The position numbers and the translations under genes were made by a program. From assembly GCA_963695575.1 (NCBI GenBank), contig CAVOGS010000009.1, forward strand, positions 3,329 through 67,328: a DNA stretch of 64,000 nucleotides. Reading direction: 5' to 3'. The notes under the pieces were generated by a model, which saw only the letters and a list, made by a program, of their open reading frames with translations, made no database searches and was not told the DNA's origin. The stretch comes from an uncultured Chloroflexia bacterium. GTDB lineage: Bacteria; Chloroflexota; Anaerolineae; Anaerolineales; UBA11858. This document shows, piece by piece, positions 19,898 to 29,648 of the stretch (position 1 is its first letter; the number at the start of each line of letters is the position of its first letter).

Positions 19898-22570
19898 ATG
19901 AGTGACCAATTCAAACTGACGATTGACGGACAAATAGTGCAGGCGGAAGATGGCATGTCCATCCTGGAAGCTGCTCAAACCAATGATATATATATTCCCC
20001 ATCTTTGCCACCACCCCGACCTGGTACCTGTGGGGGCTTGCCGGATGTGCGGTGTTGAGGTTGACGGTGGCAAGATGGTTATGTCATGTATGACACCGGC
20101 CCGGGAAGGAATCCAAGTGATAACCGACAGCCCGGATATTAACATCGCTCGAAAAGTTACCATGGATCTTCTGATTGCAGACCATCATATGGACTGCCTG
20201 GCGTGTGAAGCTGCGGATGATTGTGAACTTTTAACCGTGTCGGCATATCTGGGTATCAAACCTGATGGACAGTCTGGACTCCGAAAAATGGGTCGTGATC
20301 TGCCCCTCGAAACGTCAAACCCATTCTTCCAGTTTGATCCGAACAAATGTATCTTGTGCGGGATTTGCGTCCGGACCTGCGAAGAGATCGTTGGATTGGG
20401 CGCCCTGGGGTATATCAACCGGGGATTCAAGACTGTGGTCGGAACATTCGGCGATAAAGGGTTTGTAGATTCGATCTGTGAATCATGCGGAGAATGTATC
20501 TCCCGCTGCCCGGTGGGAGCCCTGGTTCCCAAAAAACCTCAAATGGCTTCCCGTGAAGTTCGAACCACCTGCGCTTATTGCGGTGTAGGCTGCGGGATTT
20601 ACTTAGGTGTCAAAGGGGACAGGATTGTCAGCGCCCGCGCAGACTATGAAAGTCCACCAAACCAGGGAAGCCTCTGTGTAAAGGGACGTTATGGTTTTAA
20701 ATTCGTAAATCATCCCGACCGTTTGACAACTCCCCTGATCAAAAAAGATGGCGAATTCGTCGAAGCGACCTGGGATGAGGCTTTGGATTTAATTGCCAAA
20801 AAATTCAAAAAAAGCAAGGGTAAGAAATTTGCAGCGCTGACCTCAGCTAAGTGTACCAATGAAGATAACTACCTGGTACAAAAATTCACGCGGGCGGTGA
20901 TGGGTACAAATACCATAGATCACTGTGCCAGGCTTTGACACTCTCCTACTGTGGCCGGTCTGGTCACAACTTTTGGTTCCGGAGCAATGACCAATTCAAT
21001 AGAAGAAATAGATAACGCAGGTACGATCTTTGTGATCGGTTCCAATACTACGGCGGCTCATCCTGTGATCAGCCACCGTATGAGGCGCGCTGCCCAGAAT
21101 GGTGCAACTTTGATCGTTGTTAATCCCAAGAAAATCGATCTTGTCAGGTCGGCGGATTATTTTGTTCAGCCCAAACCTGGCTCGGACACTGCTTTTTTGA
21201 TGGGAATGTGCCGCTATATTGTGGAGAATAACCTTCACGATAAGAAATTCATCGCGGATAGAACCGAAGATTTTGAAGTGTTTCAAGAATCGTTGGCACC
21301 TTATACACCTGAATTTGTGGAAAAGATCACCGGAGTACCCTGGGAGCAAATTGCCCTGGTTGCCCGGGTCTATGCCACTAAAAAACCAGCCTCGATTTTT
21401 TATGCCATGGGGATAACCCAGCATTCTCACGGAACCGATAATGTCATGGCGGTCGCCAACTTAGCGATGCTGACAGGATCCATCGGGAAACCATCTACAG
21501 GGGTAAATCCCCTCCGGGGACAAAATAATGTTCAGGGAGCCTGTGATCTAGGCGGATTGCCCAATGTCTACCCCGGATATCAGCGGGTCGACAACAAAGA
21601 GAATCAGGAAAAATTCGAAAAAGCCTGGGGAACGAAGCTTTCTGGAGAATTGGGACTGACCCATACGGAGATTTTCGATGCCATTCTGGCCGGGGAAGTG
21701 AAAGCGATGTATATGGTCGGCGAAAACCCAGTACTGACTGAGGCGAATGCCAAACACGCTCAAAAAGCGTTAAAAGAACTGGATTTCCTGGTCAGTCAGG
21801 ATATTTTTCTGACAGAGAGCGGTCAGTATGCTGATGTTGTGCTGCCTGCTGCCTCATTCGCTGAAAAAGAAGGTACGTTCACAAATACTGAGCGTAGAGT
21901 GCAGCGGGTTCGTCAGGTCATTCCTCCCCGGGGGGATTCCAAGCCTGATTGGTGGATCACTTCCCAGATTGCGAAGGCCATGGGTGAAGCCGGGTTTGAT
22001 TTTCAATCCCCGGAAGAGATCATGAACGAGATCAACGAGGTGTCCCCGATCTATGGAGGTATCACCTATAAGCGGATTGAAGAGCGTGGATTGCAGTGGC
22101 CCTGTAAGGATAAAAAAGACCCTGGAACGCCCTATCTGCACAAAGGAAAATTTTCGCGCGGTAAAGGCAAATTTGTCTCTTTGGACTACAAACCTTCCGC
22201 GGAAATTGCCAACAAGACCTATCCGCTGATCCTGACCACGGACCGCAGCCTGTATCATTACCACACGGTAATGACCCGAAAGGCTGAGGGGTTGGATGAA
22301 TTGCATAAGGAAGAGTTAATCAAGCTCCATCCGGATGACGCGGCGCAATTTGGCGTTATGGATGGGCAGTGGGTGGAAATCTCATCCCGCCGGGGAACCA
22401 TTAAAGCCCGGGCTCACGTGACAGATATCTGCCAACCCGGGATGGTATCAATGACCTTCCATTTTGTGGAAGCCCCAACAAATGAGATCACCAATCCGGC
22501 CCTGGATCCCGTTGCCAAGATCCCAGAGACAAAAGTGAGCGCTGTCAAAATCACTCCTTTACCGGAATAA
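19898..22570 (+). CDS. fdhA: Formate dehydrogenase catalytic (alpha) subunit, molybdopterin family, selenocysteine-containing (UGA at 20936-20938)
   Basis: ORFs 19886-20938 and 20951-22570 lie in the same frame, separated only by TGA: ..[28 protein letters not shown]... This is the canonical Sec/Cys active-site context. The N-terminus has NuoG-like 2Fe-2S/4Fe-4S Cys clusters. The ATG at 19898 follows GGAG. Confidence 0.88.
20939..20970 (+). promoter_or_regulatory. Bacterial SECIS-like hairpin directing Sec insertion at UGA 20936
   Basis: A 7-bp stem UGUGGCC (20950-20956) / GGUCACA (20962-20968) carries the loop GGUCU. It starts 11 nt after the UGA, and the loop and spacing resemble the fdhF-type SECIS. 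Confidence 0.65.
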
Positions 22571-22589
22571 AAATCGGATTGGAAAATAT

Positions 22590-22624
22590 AAAAGGGCTGT
22601 CAGACTGGACAGCCCTTTTCATTT
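22590..22624 (+). terminator. Intrinsic terminator after fdhA
   Basis: The stem GGGCTGTC (22594-22601) / GACAGCCC (22608-22615) is flanked by AAAA and TTTTCATTT. Confidence 0.8.
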
Positions 22625-22693
22625 AAGGCTTAATGGATTAATCTGTAAACAGAATTTTGCCAGAGCATTCTTTCAATAATCAGGTTATTACGC

Positions 22694-23287
22694 ATGAATA
22701 AAAAAAACAACACCCCCCAGGATTATCAGAAAATAGACCCGGATGATTTTCATAACTATGAAGAAGGATATGTTGAAAAAGGTGGTGGAGGTGGAAGCAG
22801 CTCCAAAAAAACTCACCGGAAAGGAACAAAAACCATCAAGGCAATCAAGAAACAACAGCGGGATCAATCCAGGGAAGGGGACCGAATTGAGGTTGAAGCA
22901 TCACTGAAGAAAGTACTGAGAAACTTCCCGGCTTTTGATCACCAAGAACAACAGGTTAAACACCTCAACCGCTATAAAAGCTGGATCGAAGACAATCTTC
23001 GATCATTGGCTTCTTTGGATGCTTCAGACCTTGAAATATCATTCAGTAAAGCGGGCGGACCGGGGGGACAGAACGTCAACAAAAGGGAAACCAAAGTAAC
23101 ACTGCTGCACAAACCAACATTTATTCAAGTGGATAATGACCAAACACGCAGCCAACTGAAGAATAAAGAACTGGCAGGTGAGATCCTTCTGCAGCGGCTG
23201 CAGGATCATATTAATGACTGGAGGGAATATCTGGCCCCTGCTCAGCGTCTAGACCTTGATTCGATAAGAATCCTGCTGGATTCATAG
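22694..23287 (+). CDS. GGQ-domain (class-I release factor / peptidyl-tRNA hydrolase-like) protein with a Lys/Gly/Ser-rich N-terminal extension
   Basis: This 197-aa ORF has an RF-1 domain core [37 protein letters not shown]. It has no codon-recognition domains. The N-terminal ~100 aa are low-complexity and basic ([27 protein letters not shown]). Confidence 0.75.
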   Translation: MNKKNNTPQDYQKIDPDDFHNYEEGYVEKGGGGGSSSKKTHRKGTKTIKAIKKQQRDQSREGDRIEVEASLKKVLRNFPAFDHQEQQVKHLNRYKSWIEDNLRSLASLDASDLEISFSKAGGPGGQNVNKRETKVTLLHKPTFIQVDNDQTRSQLKNKELAGEILLQRLQDHINDWREYLAPAQRLDLDSIRILLDS

Positions 23288-23305
23288 GATCAGAACATCT
23301 TGAAT

Positions 23306-23350
23306 TAAAAAAAGGCTGGTCAGATGGTGATTGACGCAGCCTATATTCTT
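23306..23350. terminator. Hairpin between the convergent GGQ-protein and DoxX genes
   Basis: AGGCTGGTCA..TGACGCAGCCT (23313-23342) forms a stem with one bulge. It is preceded by an A-run and followed by ATATTCTT. Confidence 0.4.
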
Positions 23351-23370
23351 AGTAGATGTCCGACTTAGAA

Positions 23371-23736
23371 TTAAAGGAAAAACCGGCCAATAATTACTAC
23401 AACAGTCAATAAAAAAAGAACGATATTAACGATTCCCATCGGAATAAACTCATCTCGGCGCAAATGAGTCAGGAAAGCGCCCACCATAGTCAGTGCCAGA
23501 CCTATGGCTGCCACAGGGGTCAGCCAGGTTAAAATGCCAGTCGCCCAGGGAAGAACTAATCCCATGGCGCCCATGATTTCAAGAACACCGATCCCGGAAA
23601 TTTGTAGTTCTGAAAAATCTTCCACAAAGCCCATCTTATCTATCAAAGCTTCTTTCTTCTGAAAAAGCTTCATGGCTCCGGTCATCATAAATACAGCTGC
23701 CAGCATTCCCTGAATAATCCATAAAAATGTGTTCAT
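23371..23736 (-). CDS. DoxX-family membrane protein
   Basis: The ORF 23371-23790 is trimmed to ATG 23736 (MNTFLWIIQGML..), which is preceded by AGGAG. It encodes about 4 TM helices with DoxX-like sequence. Confidence 0.7.
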   Translation of the reverse strand: MNTFLWIIQGMLAAVFMMTGAMKLFQKKEALIDKMGFVEDFSELQISGIGVLEIMGAMGLVLPWATGILTWLTPVAAIGLALTMVGAFLTHLRRDEFIPMGIVNIVLFLLTVVVIIGRFFL

Positions 23737-23796
23737 AATTACTCCTCTGTAAATCGCTAAGTCAATTTTAGATGGAGTATTGGCCCACAATCTTAC

Positions 23797-25317
23797 TTAA
23801 TTTTCCATCCTGGGCTGGTACTGCAAGGCTTCAGCCAGGTGGGTGGGAGTGATTTTCTCATCCCCTGCCAGATCGGCGATAGTTCGTCCTAATTTGAGCA
23901 CCCGGTGATAGGCCCGGGCGGACAAGCCCAGCTGCTGACTGGCGCTTCTGATCAAGGCCTGGCATTCACCATCCAGGGCACAGTGTTCTCTGACCTCTTT
24001 AGGGATCATATCCCCATTGCTGCCCCGGGGGGATCCTGCCAGTCGTTCTTCCTGGGATGTTCTGGCCTTTTCCACCCTTTTCCGGACTTCCCTGGAAGGT
24101 TCTCCCAGGCGATCTGAGCTGAGTTTTTCAAATTCCACGCGCGGAACATCAACATGGATATCGATTCGGTCCAGGAGCGGCCCCGAGAGGCGTTTTTGAT
24201 AACGAGTGATGGTTGAAGTTGAACAGGTGCACTCTTTGCCCGGGTCGCCATAATAACCACAGGGGCAGGGATTCATGGCTGCCACCAGGGTGAAGTTGGC
24301 TGGAAAAGTCAAAGATCCCTGGGCCCGGCTGATGGTGACAACTTTGTCTTCCAGGGGCTGCCGCAGCACCTCCAGCACGCGGCGGCCGAACTCGGGGAAT
24401 TCATCCAGGAAAAGCACGCCCCGATGGGCAAGGGATATTTCGCCGGGCTGGGGCCAGGTGCCGCCGCCCACCAGACCAGCATGGGAGATGGTATGGTGGG
24501 GCGCCCGGAACGGGCGGTGCTGGAGGAGGGGGGTTTGGGAGGGCAGCTGGTCCAGGATGGAGTAGATCCGGGTCACATCCAGCGCTTCGTCGATCGACAT
24601 ACGGGGCATGATGCCGGGCAGTGAGCGCGCCAGCAGGGTTTTCCCTGCGCCGGGAGGACCGCTCATAAGCAGGTTGTGATTTCCGGCGGCGGCAACTTCA
24701 AGAGCCCGTTTGACATGTTCCTGGCCCTTGATCTCCTCAAAATCTGTATCCGTTTCCAGCTCAGGAAGTTCACGGATGGATATGTTGGCGTAAGGTGTGA
24801 TAGATTGGGCTCCGATCAGGTGCTGGGTTAGATCGAATAAGTTCTGGATTGGGAGGACTTCCAACCCCGGAATGAGAGCCGCCTCAGGAGCATCTACCGC
24901 GGGTACACAAATTGTCTGAAATCCTTCGTCCCTGGCCATGGCTGCCATGGAAAGCACACCAGGGGTGTGACGTGTAGCCCCGTTCAGGGATAACTCCCCC
25001 ACAATGATCATATCCTCCACTGCATTGGGTGGGATTTCTCCGCGAATGATCAGGATGCCCACTGCCATGGGCAGGTCATAAGCCGGTCCTTCCTTGCGCA
25101 CATTGGCGGGCGCAAGGTTGATTACCAGGGATTTGCGAGGGAAGCTGGTAGGCAGGTTCTTAATGGCAGCCCGGATACGCTCGCGGCTTTCCTTTACGGC
25201 CGTATCCGGGAGTCCAACTACATTGATGAAACCAAGTCCATAGGAGTAATCCACTTCGACTTCAATTAAAACCCCCTCCAGCCCCACCACTGCGCAGGAG
25301 TAAACGCGGGCAGGCAT
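23797..25317 (-). CDS. comM: YifB/ComM family Mg-chelatase-like AAA+ ATPase
   Basis: This 506-aa ORF reads ..VVGLEGVLIEVEVD..GLPDTAVKESRERIRAAI.., has Walker A GPPGAGKT, and ends ..RAYHRVLKLGRTIADLAG... Confidence 0.92.
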   Translation of the reverse strand: MPARVYSCAVVGLEGVLIEVEVDYSYGLGFINVVGLPDTAVKESRERIRAAIKNLPTSFPRKSLVINLAPANVRKEGPAYDLPMAVGILIIRGEIPPNAVEDMIIVGELSLNGATRHTPGVLSMAAMARDEGFQTICVPAVDAPEAALIPGLEVLPIQNLFDLTQHLIGAQSITPYANISIRELPELETDTDFEEIKGQEHVKRALEVAAAGNHNLLMSGPPGAGKTLLARSLPGIMPRMSIDEALDVTRIYSILDQLPSQTPLLQHRPFRAPHHTISHAGLVGGGTWPQPGEISLAHRGVLFLDEFPEFGRRVLEVLRQPLEDKVVTISRAQGSLTFPANFTLVAAMNPCPCGYYGDPGKECTCSTSTITRYQKRLSGPLLDRIDIHVDVPRVEFEKLSSDRLGEPSREVRKRVEKARTSQEERLAGSPRGSNGDMIPKEVREHCALDGECQALIRSASQQLGLSARAYHRVLKLGRTIADLAGDEKITPTHLAEALQYQPRMEN

Positions 25318-25414
25318 GGTTTCAGTGTATATAAATCAGTTGGCCCTGTCAACGGTAAGCCCCGAATGCTTACCTCTTGCCAGAAATGCTCCCATCATGT
25401 CCGGATGGTGTTTT

Positions 25415-25831
25415 TTATCCGTTCAGCTTCGCCCTGGCCTGGAGCAGCAGTTGATATTTGGTGAATAACTTCTCCCGGTTCCCGGCTTGGAATGCTTTCA
25501 GCATATCCCCTTCCAGCTCAGCTACTTCCAGGCGCTGATAATAATCCAGCATTTCTTTCAGATGGGCCAGAACGATCCTGCCTGTTAATAAGGGATGGTT
25601 GTTGGTCACATTGGCATCCGGAAATTGTGTGCCGTGCTCCAGCTCAACTTCCAACCCCATTTTAAATTCAAGACTGGAGATTTGTGTTGCTTCGCCGCCT
25701 ACTGCCTGCTGGATGATCTCAGCCTCTTCTACTGTGATCCTGGCGTCAGAAAGTTTACTCCAGTCCCGGATCCCCAGTTCCTGGCAGACGCGCTGGACTT
25801 CTTGTTTGGAAATATATTCTGGTAAATTCAT
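25415..25831 (-). CDS. Hypothetical protein (GLEVELEH motif, possibly DUF5661-like)
   Basis: This is a 138-aa ORF. The family assignment is tentative and from memory of the motif only. Confidence 0.45.
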   Translation of the reverse strand: MNLPEYISKQEVQRVCQELGIRDWSKLSDARITVEEAEIIQQAVGGEATQISSLEFKMGLEVELEHGTQFPDANVTNNHPLLTGRIVLAHLKEMLDYYQRLEVAELEGDMLKAFQAGNREKLFTKYQLLLQARAKLNG

Positions 25832-25902
25832 TTTTTTCCTTTACCTGATCTGGTTTTGGCGGACAGCAGATCCCCGTTGGTTGCAGAGGCGCTGGGGATT
25901 GA

Positions 25903-26247
25903 TTAGTTTTCTTCCAGCTGCAGATGGTGCAGAATCCGATGAGCGATGGGCGTGATGATCAGACTGGCGCCCGCCAGAAAGACCACTCCGGAAAATATCG
26001 CGTAAACAGAAGCGAATATCTTTCCCGGGTTTGTGGAAAGCGGGTTGACCGGACCCATTCCTCCCAGGATCATGGACGCATTCAGCAGGGCATCGATCCA
26101 GGAAAATCCTTCTGTGATCCGGTAGCCGAGAACCCCTAACAGGAGTGAGAACAGCAGTAAACCCAGGGATATACTTCCGTGTTTGAGGAGTCTGATAAGA
26201 AACAGCTTCCTATCAAGCAGTGGTTGGGAATGGTGTTCGTAGATCAT
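25903..26247 (-). CDS. Small 2-TM ion-channel-like membrane protein
   Basis: This 114-aa ORF has a TM1 / pore-helix-like WIDALLNASMIL / GGMGP / TM2 layout. It resembles a K+-channel pore module with a non-canonical filter. Confidence 0.5.
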   Translation of the reverse strand: MIYEHHSQPLLDRKLFLIRLLKHGSISLGLLLFSLLLGVLGYRITEGFSWIDALLNASMILGGMGPVNPLSTNPGKIFASVYAIFSGVVFLAGASLIITPIAHRILHHLQLEEN

Positions 26248-26292
26248 ATGCTTTCCTTGTGGTAGTTCAACGTTTTTACCTTCCCCGCACTG

Positions 26293-27321
26293 TTAAATCC
26301 ACCGCTTGCGTCGGAAATATAACACCATACCAGTGACTGATGAAATTATTACTCCCCAAACCATGGCATAACCCCACTTCCAATCCAGCTCGGGCATGAA
26401 TTTGAAATTCATGCCATACAAACCGACCACAAAGGATAGAGGAATAAAAATCGTCGATATGATCGTCAACACTTTCATGACCTCATTCATGCGGTTGCTG
26501 ACGCTGGAGAGGTAAATGTCCAGCATCCCGGAGGCCATCTCCCGGAATGTTTCAATAGTGTCAATGATCTGGATGATATGGTCGTAGGCATCTCTCAGAT
26601 AGAGTAAGGTAGCTTCCTGGAACAATTGTGATTCACCCCTTTCCAGAGAGCTGATGACCTCCCGTAGCGGCCAGACGGATTTCCTGAGAAAGATCAGCTC
26701 TCTTTTCAGATCATGGATGGCATGCAGGGTGCCCGGATCGGGATCGGTAACCAGTTCTTCCTCCAGGATTTCGATTTGTTCTCCCAGGTTTTCCAGAACG
26801 ATAAAATAATTATCCACCACGGCATCGATCAGGGAGTAGGCCAGATAATCTGCCCCGCCCTTGGCCAGCCGGCTCTTTGCCTTCCCGGATGCGTTTTCTG
26901 ACTCCATCAAAGACATCCTTCTCGTTTTCCTGGAATGTGACCAGGTATTTCTCCCCCAGGAGTAAACTGATCTGTTCTGCGTCGACCTGGGATAATTCAA
27001 TATTCCAGGAAAGCATATTCAATTCGATGAACAAATACGCATCGTAATCCTCAACTTTGGGCCGCTGGTTTGTGTTCAGGATGTCTTCCAGTACCAGGGG
27101 ATGGATGTTAAGCTGGGTGCCGATCTCCTCCAGGAGATCGACCTGGTGTGCTTCCTTCGATGTTGAGCCAGTTGACAGGTGTCTCGGGGATTAAAGGGAA
27201 AACAATCAGATATTTGCTGGACTTGCTGCTCATCAACCGGCTGGTCTGGTCCATACTTGAATAAGGTCAAAGTTATCGGCTGTGGTCGATTTTATCTTGG
27301 GGAGTAAGGAACCGGGGGCAT
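26293..27321 (-). pseudogene. corA: Magnesium/cobalt transporter CorA, at least 3 frameshifts in the N-terminal half
   Basis: The C-terminal part is intact (..YGMNFKFMPEL..). The pieces 27270-27076, 27034-26810 and 27000-26293 lie in different frames but are collinear with CorA (..NIHPLVLEDILNTNQRPKVEDYDAYLFI..). Confidence 0.85.
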
Positions 27322-27463
27322 GGCCAATGTTTCTTGGTTTATGGAAAAATCTGTTCATGGTTATTACTTTTTTCATGGCATATTGCTCGTTTTCTGTCAT
27401 TCCTGGCAGAGGTCTGGAAGGCCTGATATTGGGATTGATCTCTGGGCAAATTTGAGAGTCTGG

Positions 27464-27892
27464 TTACAGGGCGAGTGTGATCACACCAGCAGCAACCATG
27501 ACAATCCCGATCCACTCGTGGATTGCGGGGCGTTCTCCCAGAAAAGCAAAGGCAAAAATGGCGACTAGCACCAGGCTCAGTTTGTCCACGGGAGCCACCT
27601 TGGAGGCTTCGCCAATTTTTAATGCCCGGAAATAACATACCCAGGAAGCTCCTGTGGCCAGGCTGGATAGAGCGAGGAACAGCCAGGTCTTACCGGATAG
27701 TAAAAAAGGATTGCTCCATTTCCCTGTCGCCCAGACAAAACCAGCCAGGACAATGATGATTATTGAAGTACGAATCAGGGTCGCCAGGTCTGAATCAACG
27801 CCCTGAATGCCTACCTTGGCAAAGATGGCTGTGAGTGAGGCGAAAACAGCGGATAATAGAGCCCAGATCAACCAATTATTTGTGGATAGCAT
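27464..27892 (-). CDS. EamA/DMT-superfamily small transporter
   Basis: This 142-aa ORF has 4-5 TM helices and an EamA-like sequence (..SSLATGASWVCYFRALKIGEASKVAPVDKLS..). Confidence 0.75.
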   Translation of the reverse strand: MLSTNNWLIWALLSAVFASLTAIFAKVGIQGVDSDLATLIRTSIIIIVLAGFVWATGKWSNPFLLSGKTWLFLALSSLATGASWVCYFRALKIGEASKVAPVDKLSLVLVAIFAFAFLGERPAIHEWIGIVMVAAGVITLAL

Positions 27893-27934
27893 GTTGTCTT
27901 CCCTGAGGTAGGAGTATAGTTGTCCTATTCATTA

Positions 27935-27974
27935 TAAATCAAAGACCAGCCAATCTTTTTTAAAGAGTGGCTGG
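27935..27974 (-). terminator. Candidate terminator downstream of the CotH gene
   Basis: On the minus strand, CCAGCCA..TGGCTGG (27968-27974 / 27946-27952) is followed by TCTTTGATTT. Confidence 0.4.
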
Positions 27975-28066
27975 CCTGCATGCTGTCCGATTTATAGCAA
28001 ATTCTGTTTGTTTTGCTCTAGGCCGGGTTGTTGGTTCGGGGAGGGCTGAAATGCCACCCGTTTCTT

Positions 28067-29610
28067 TTACTGATCAACAAGGAAAGATCCAGCTGCCGCG
28101 ATCCTGTCCCGCGAATATTGAATTAACCCCGCCACAGATTCGTCAAAAGCCTGGCTGGAACTGATCTGGGTGAATTCTTGACCTTCGTCCAGGACATAGG
28201 GAGCAATAAGGTCATGGTAGTACTGGTACGTATCAGCCAGCTCCTCAAGAATGAACACATCTGTCAGGAAGGCTCGTCCAGGTAGGAGATGATATTTCTG
28301 ATAATAGACCGGATCATCCCGCACATAACTCACCAGCGGCCAATTATCACCCACCCCGCTCAGATCCAATCGCAGGGATTCCCGATCTCTCATCCTGTCC
28401 GTTCGTTTTAAAGGATTCGTTATTATCCCAGGGGATCCAGACCAGCTGTCCGGTCTCGGGGTTGTTATACAGATAGTAGTTATGCTGCATCACGCCGTAG
28501 GTATCCCAGTTCTGGATCACGGTATTCACTGCCAGCCAGTTCAGGAAGGTATCTACATCAAACACTGCTTCCAAGCCCTGCCCGCCAGCTTTCTGGATCT
28601 GACAAGCGGGTTTTATCGTGCAAGGCATCATATAGAGCCAGGATATCGCTGTAATCGTCTTCGTCCTGATTGGTCTCTTTGTCAAAACTGGAGCTTCGGA
28701 AAATGAACCGGCCGCAAAGGTTGCTCCTGCACCTTCAGGTTTATAGACATTGCCGTTGTCGTCGCTGAACTGGGTTTCGATCAGGGTATCATCCACCACT
28801 TCGACTGCTGTGTAGAGCCCAAAATATTCAGGACCCTCGCCGTGATCGATATAGACGGCATAGTAGGCCGTTTCCGCAGCAGGCACACCTGCTTCCCTGA
28901 AAAGATCAGCGGCAATTTTCTCTCTTAGCAAGGAATCGTCCCGGTAATTGGACGCAAAGCTAAGTTGTTTGAATCCGTAGATACGCTGGTTCTCTGTTTC
29001 TGGATACTCATCCTCGTACTGGTCGAAGTCCAGTTTAAAGGGAAGCTTCAGGGAGCCGCTGCCCCAGGTTGATTTTAAGCTGGAATTGCCTTTGAATCGG
29101 ATGCCCACATGTTCCCAACTATCTCCGTTGAAGGATATCTCTGCTTCGACCCAGGCGGGATTCTGGTCATCTGCACCGCCCATCATTCCTGCTCCAGGAC
29201 GATCTGGCATCTGAGCGGGGGGTAAATTCCCATCACCAGCAGGAGCAGCTGGTCTCTGCTTGTCTTCCGGCGCCTGCCCGGGTCGACCCGCGGGCCCTGC
29301 TCTTTGTCCACTTCCCTGTTCGCCATAAAGGTCAGTCATATCTTCCAGCATGAAAGCCCAGTTTTCCTCTGAAATTGTGATCGTGATCTCATTGACCGAA
29401 TCCTGAGGGAATACAATCTCATAATCCGGTTCAGCACTGGAAGTTTCTGGCGCCGGATCGTCCGGACTATTTTTTGATTCAACCGCATTTTCAGTGCTCG
29501 AATAGGCACTTGAACTGCCCGTTGAGTTGGCGGCCGCCGCTGAACTGCAAGCGGACAATAAAAAGATTATGATCAACAGGGCGTTAATATAAATTTCTGG
29601 ATTTTTTCAT
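28067..29610 (-). pseudogene. CotH-family atypical kinase, predicted lipoprotein; at least 4 frame disruptions
   Basis: The ATG at 29610 has a GGAGG SD. A 6-A run shifts the signal peptide out of frame (corrected: MKNPEIYINALLIIIIFLLSAC). The CotH core reads ..YGFKQLSFASNYRDDSLLREKIA..WIPWDNNESF... The C-terminal piece 28393-28067 lies in another frame. There is an internal compensated frameshift pair at ~28573 and ~28684. Confidence 0.8.
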
Positions 29611-29648
29611 TTTTATTCCTCCTCCTGGTTGTTTTCAACAAACAGGAC

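Noticed and set aside
20936-20938. The TGA splitting the formate dehydrogenase into two ORFs, considered as a genuine stop or pseudogene lesion.
   Set aside because: The two ORFs share a frame, the codon sits at the canonical Sec/Cys active-site position, and a SECIS-like hairpin follows. It is interpreted as selenocysteine.
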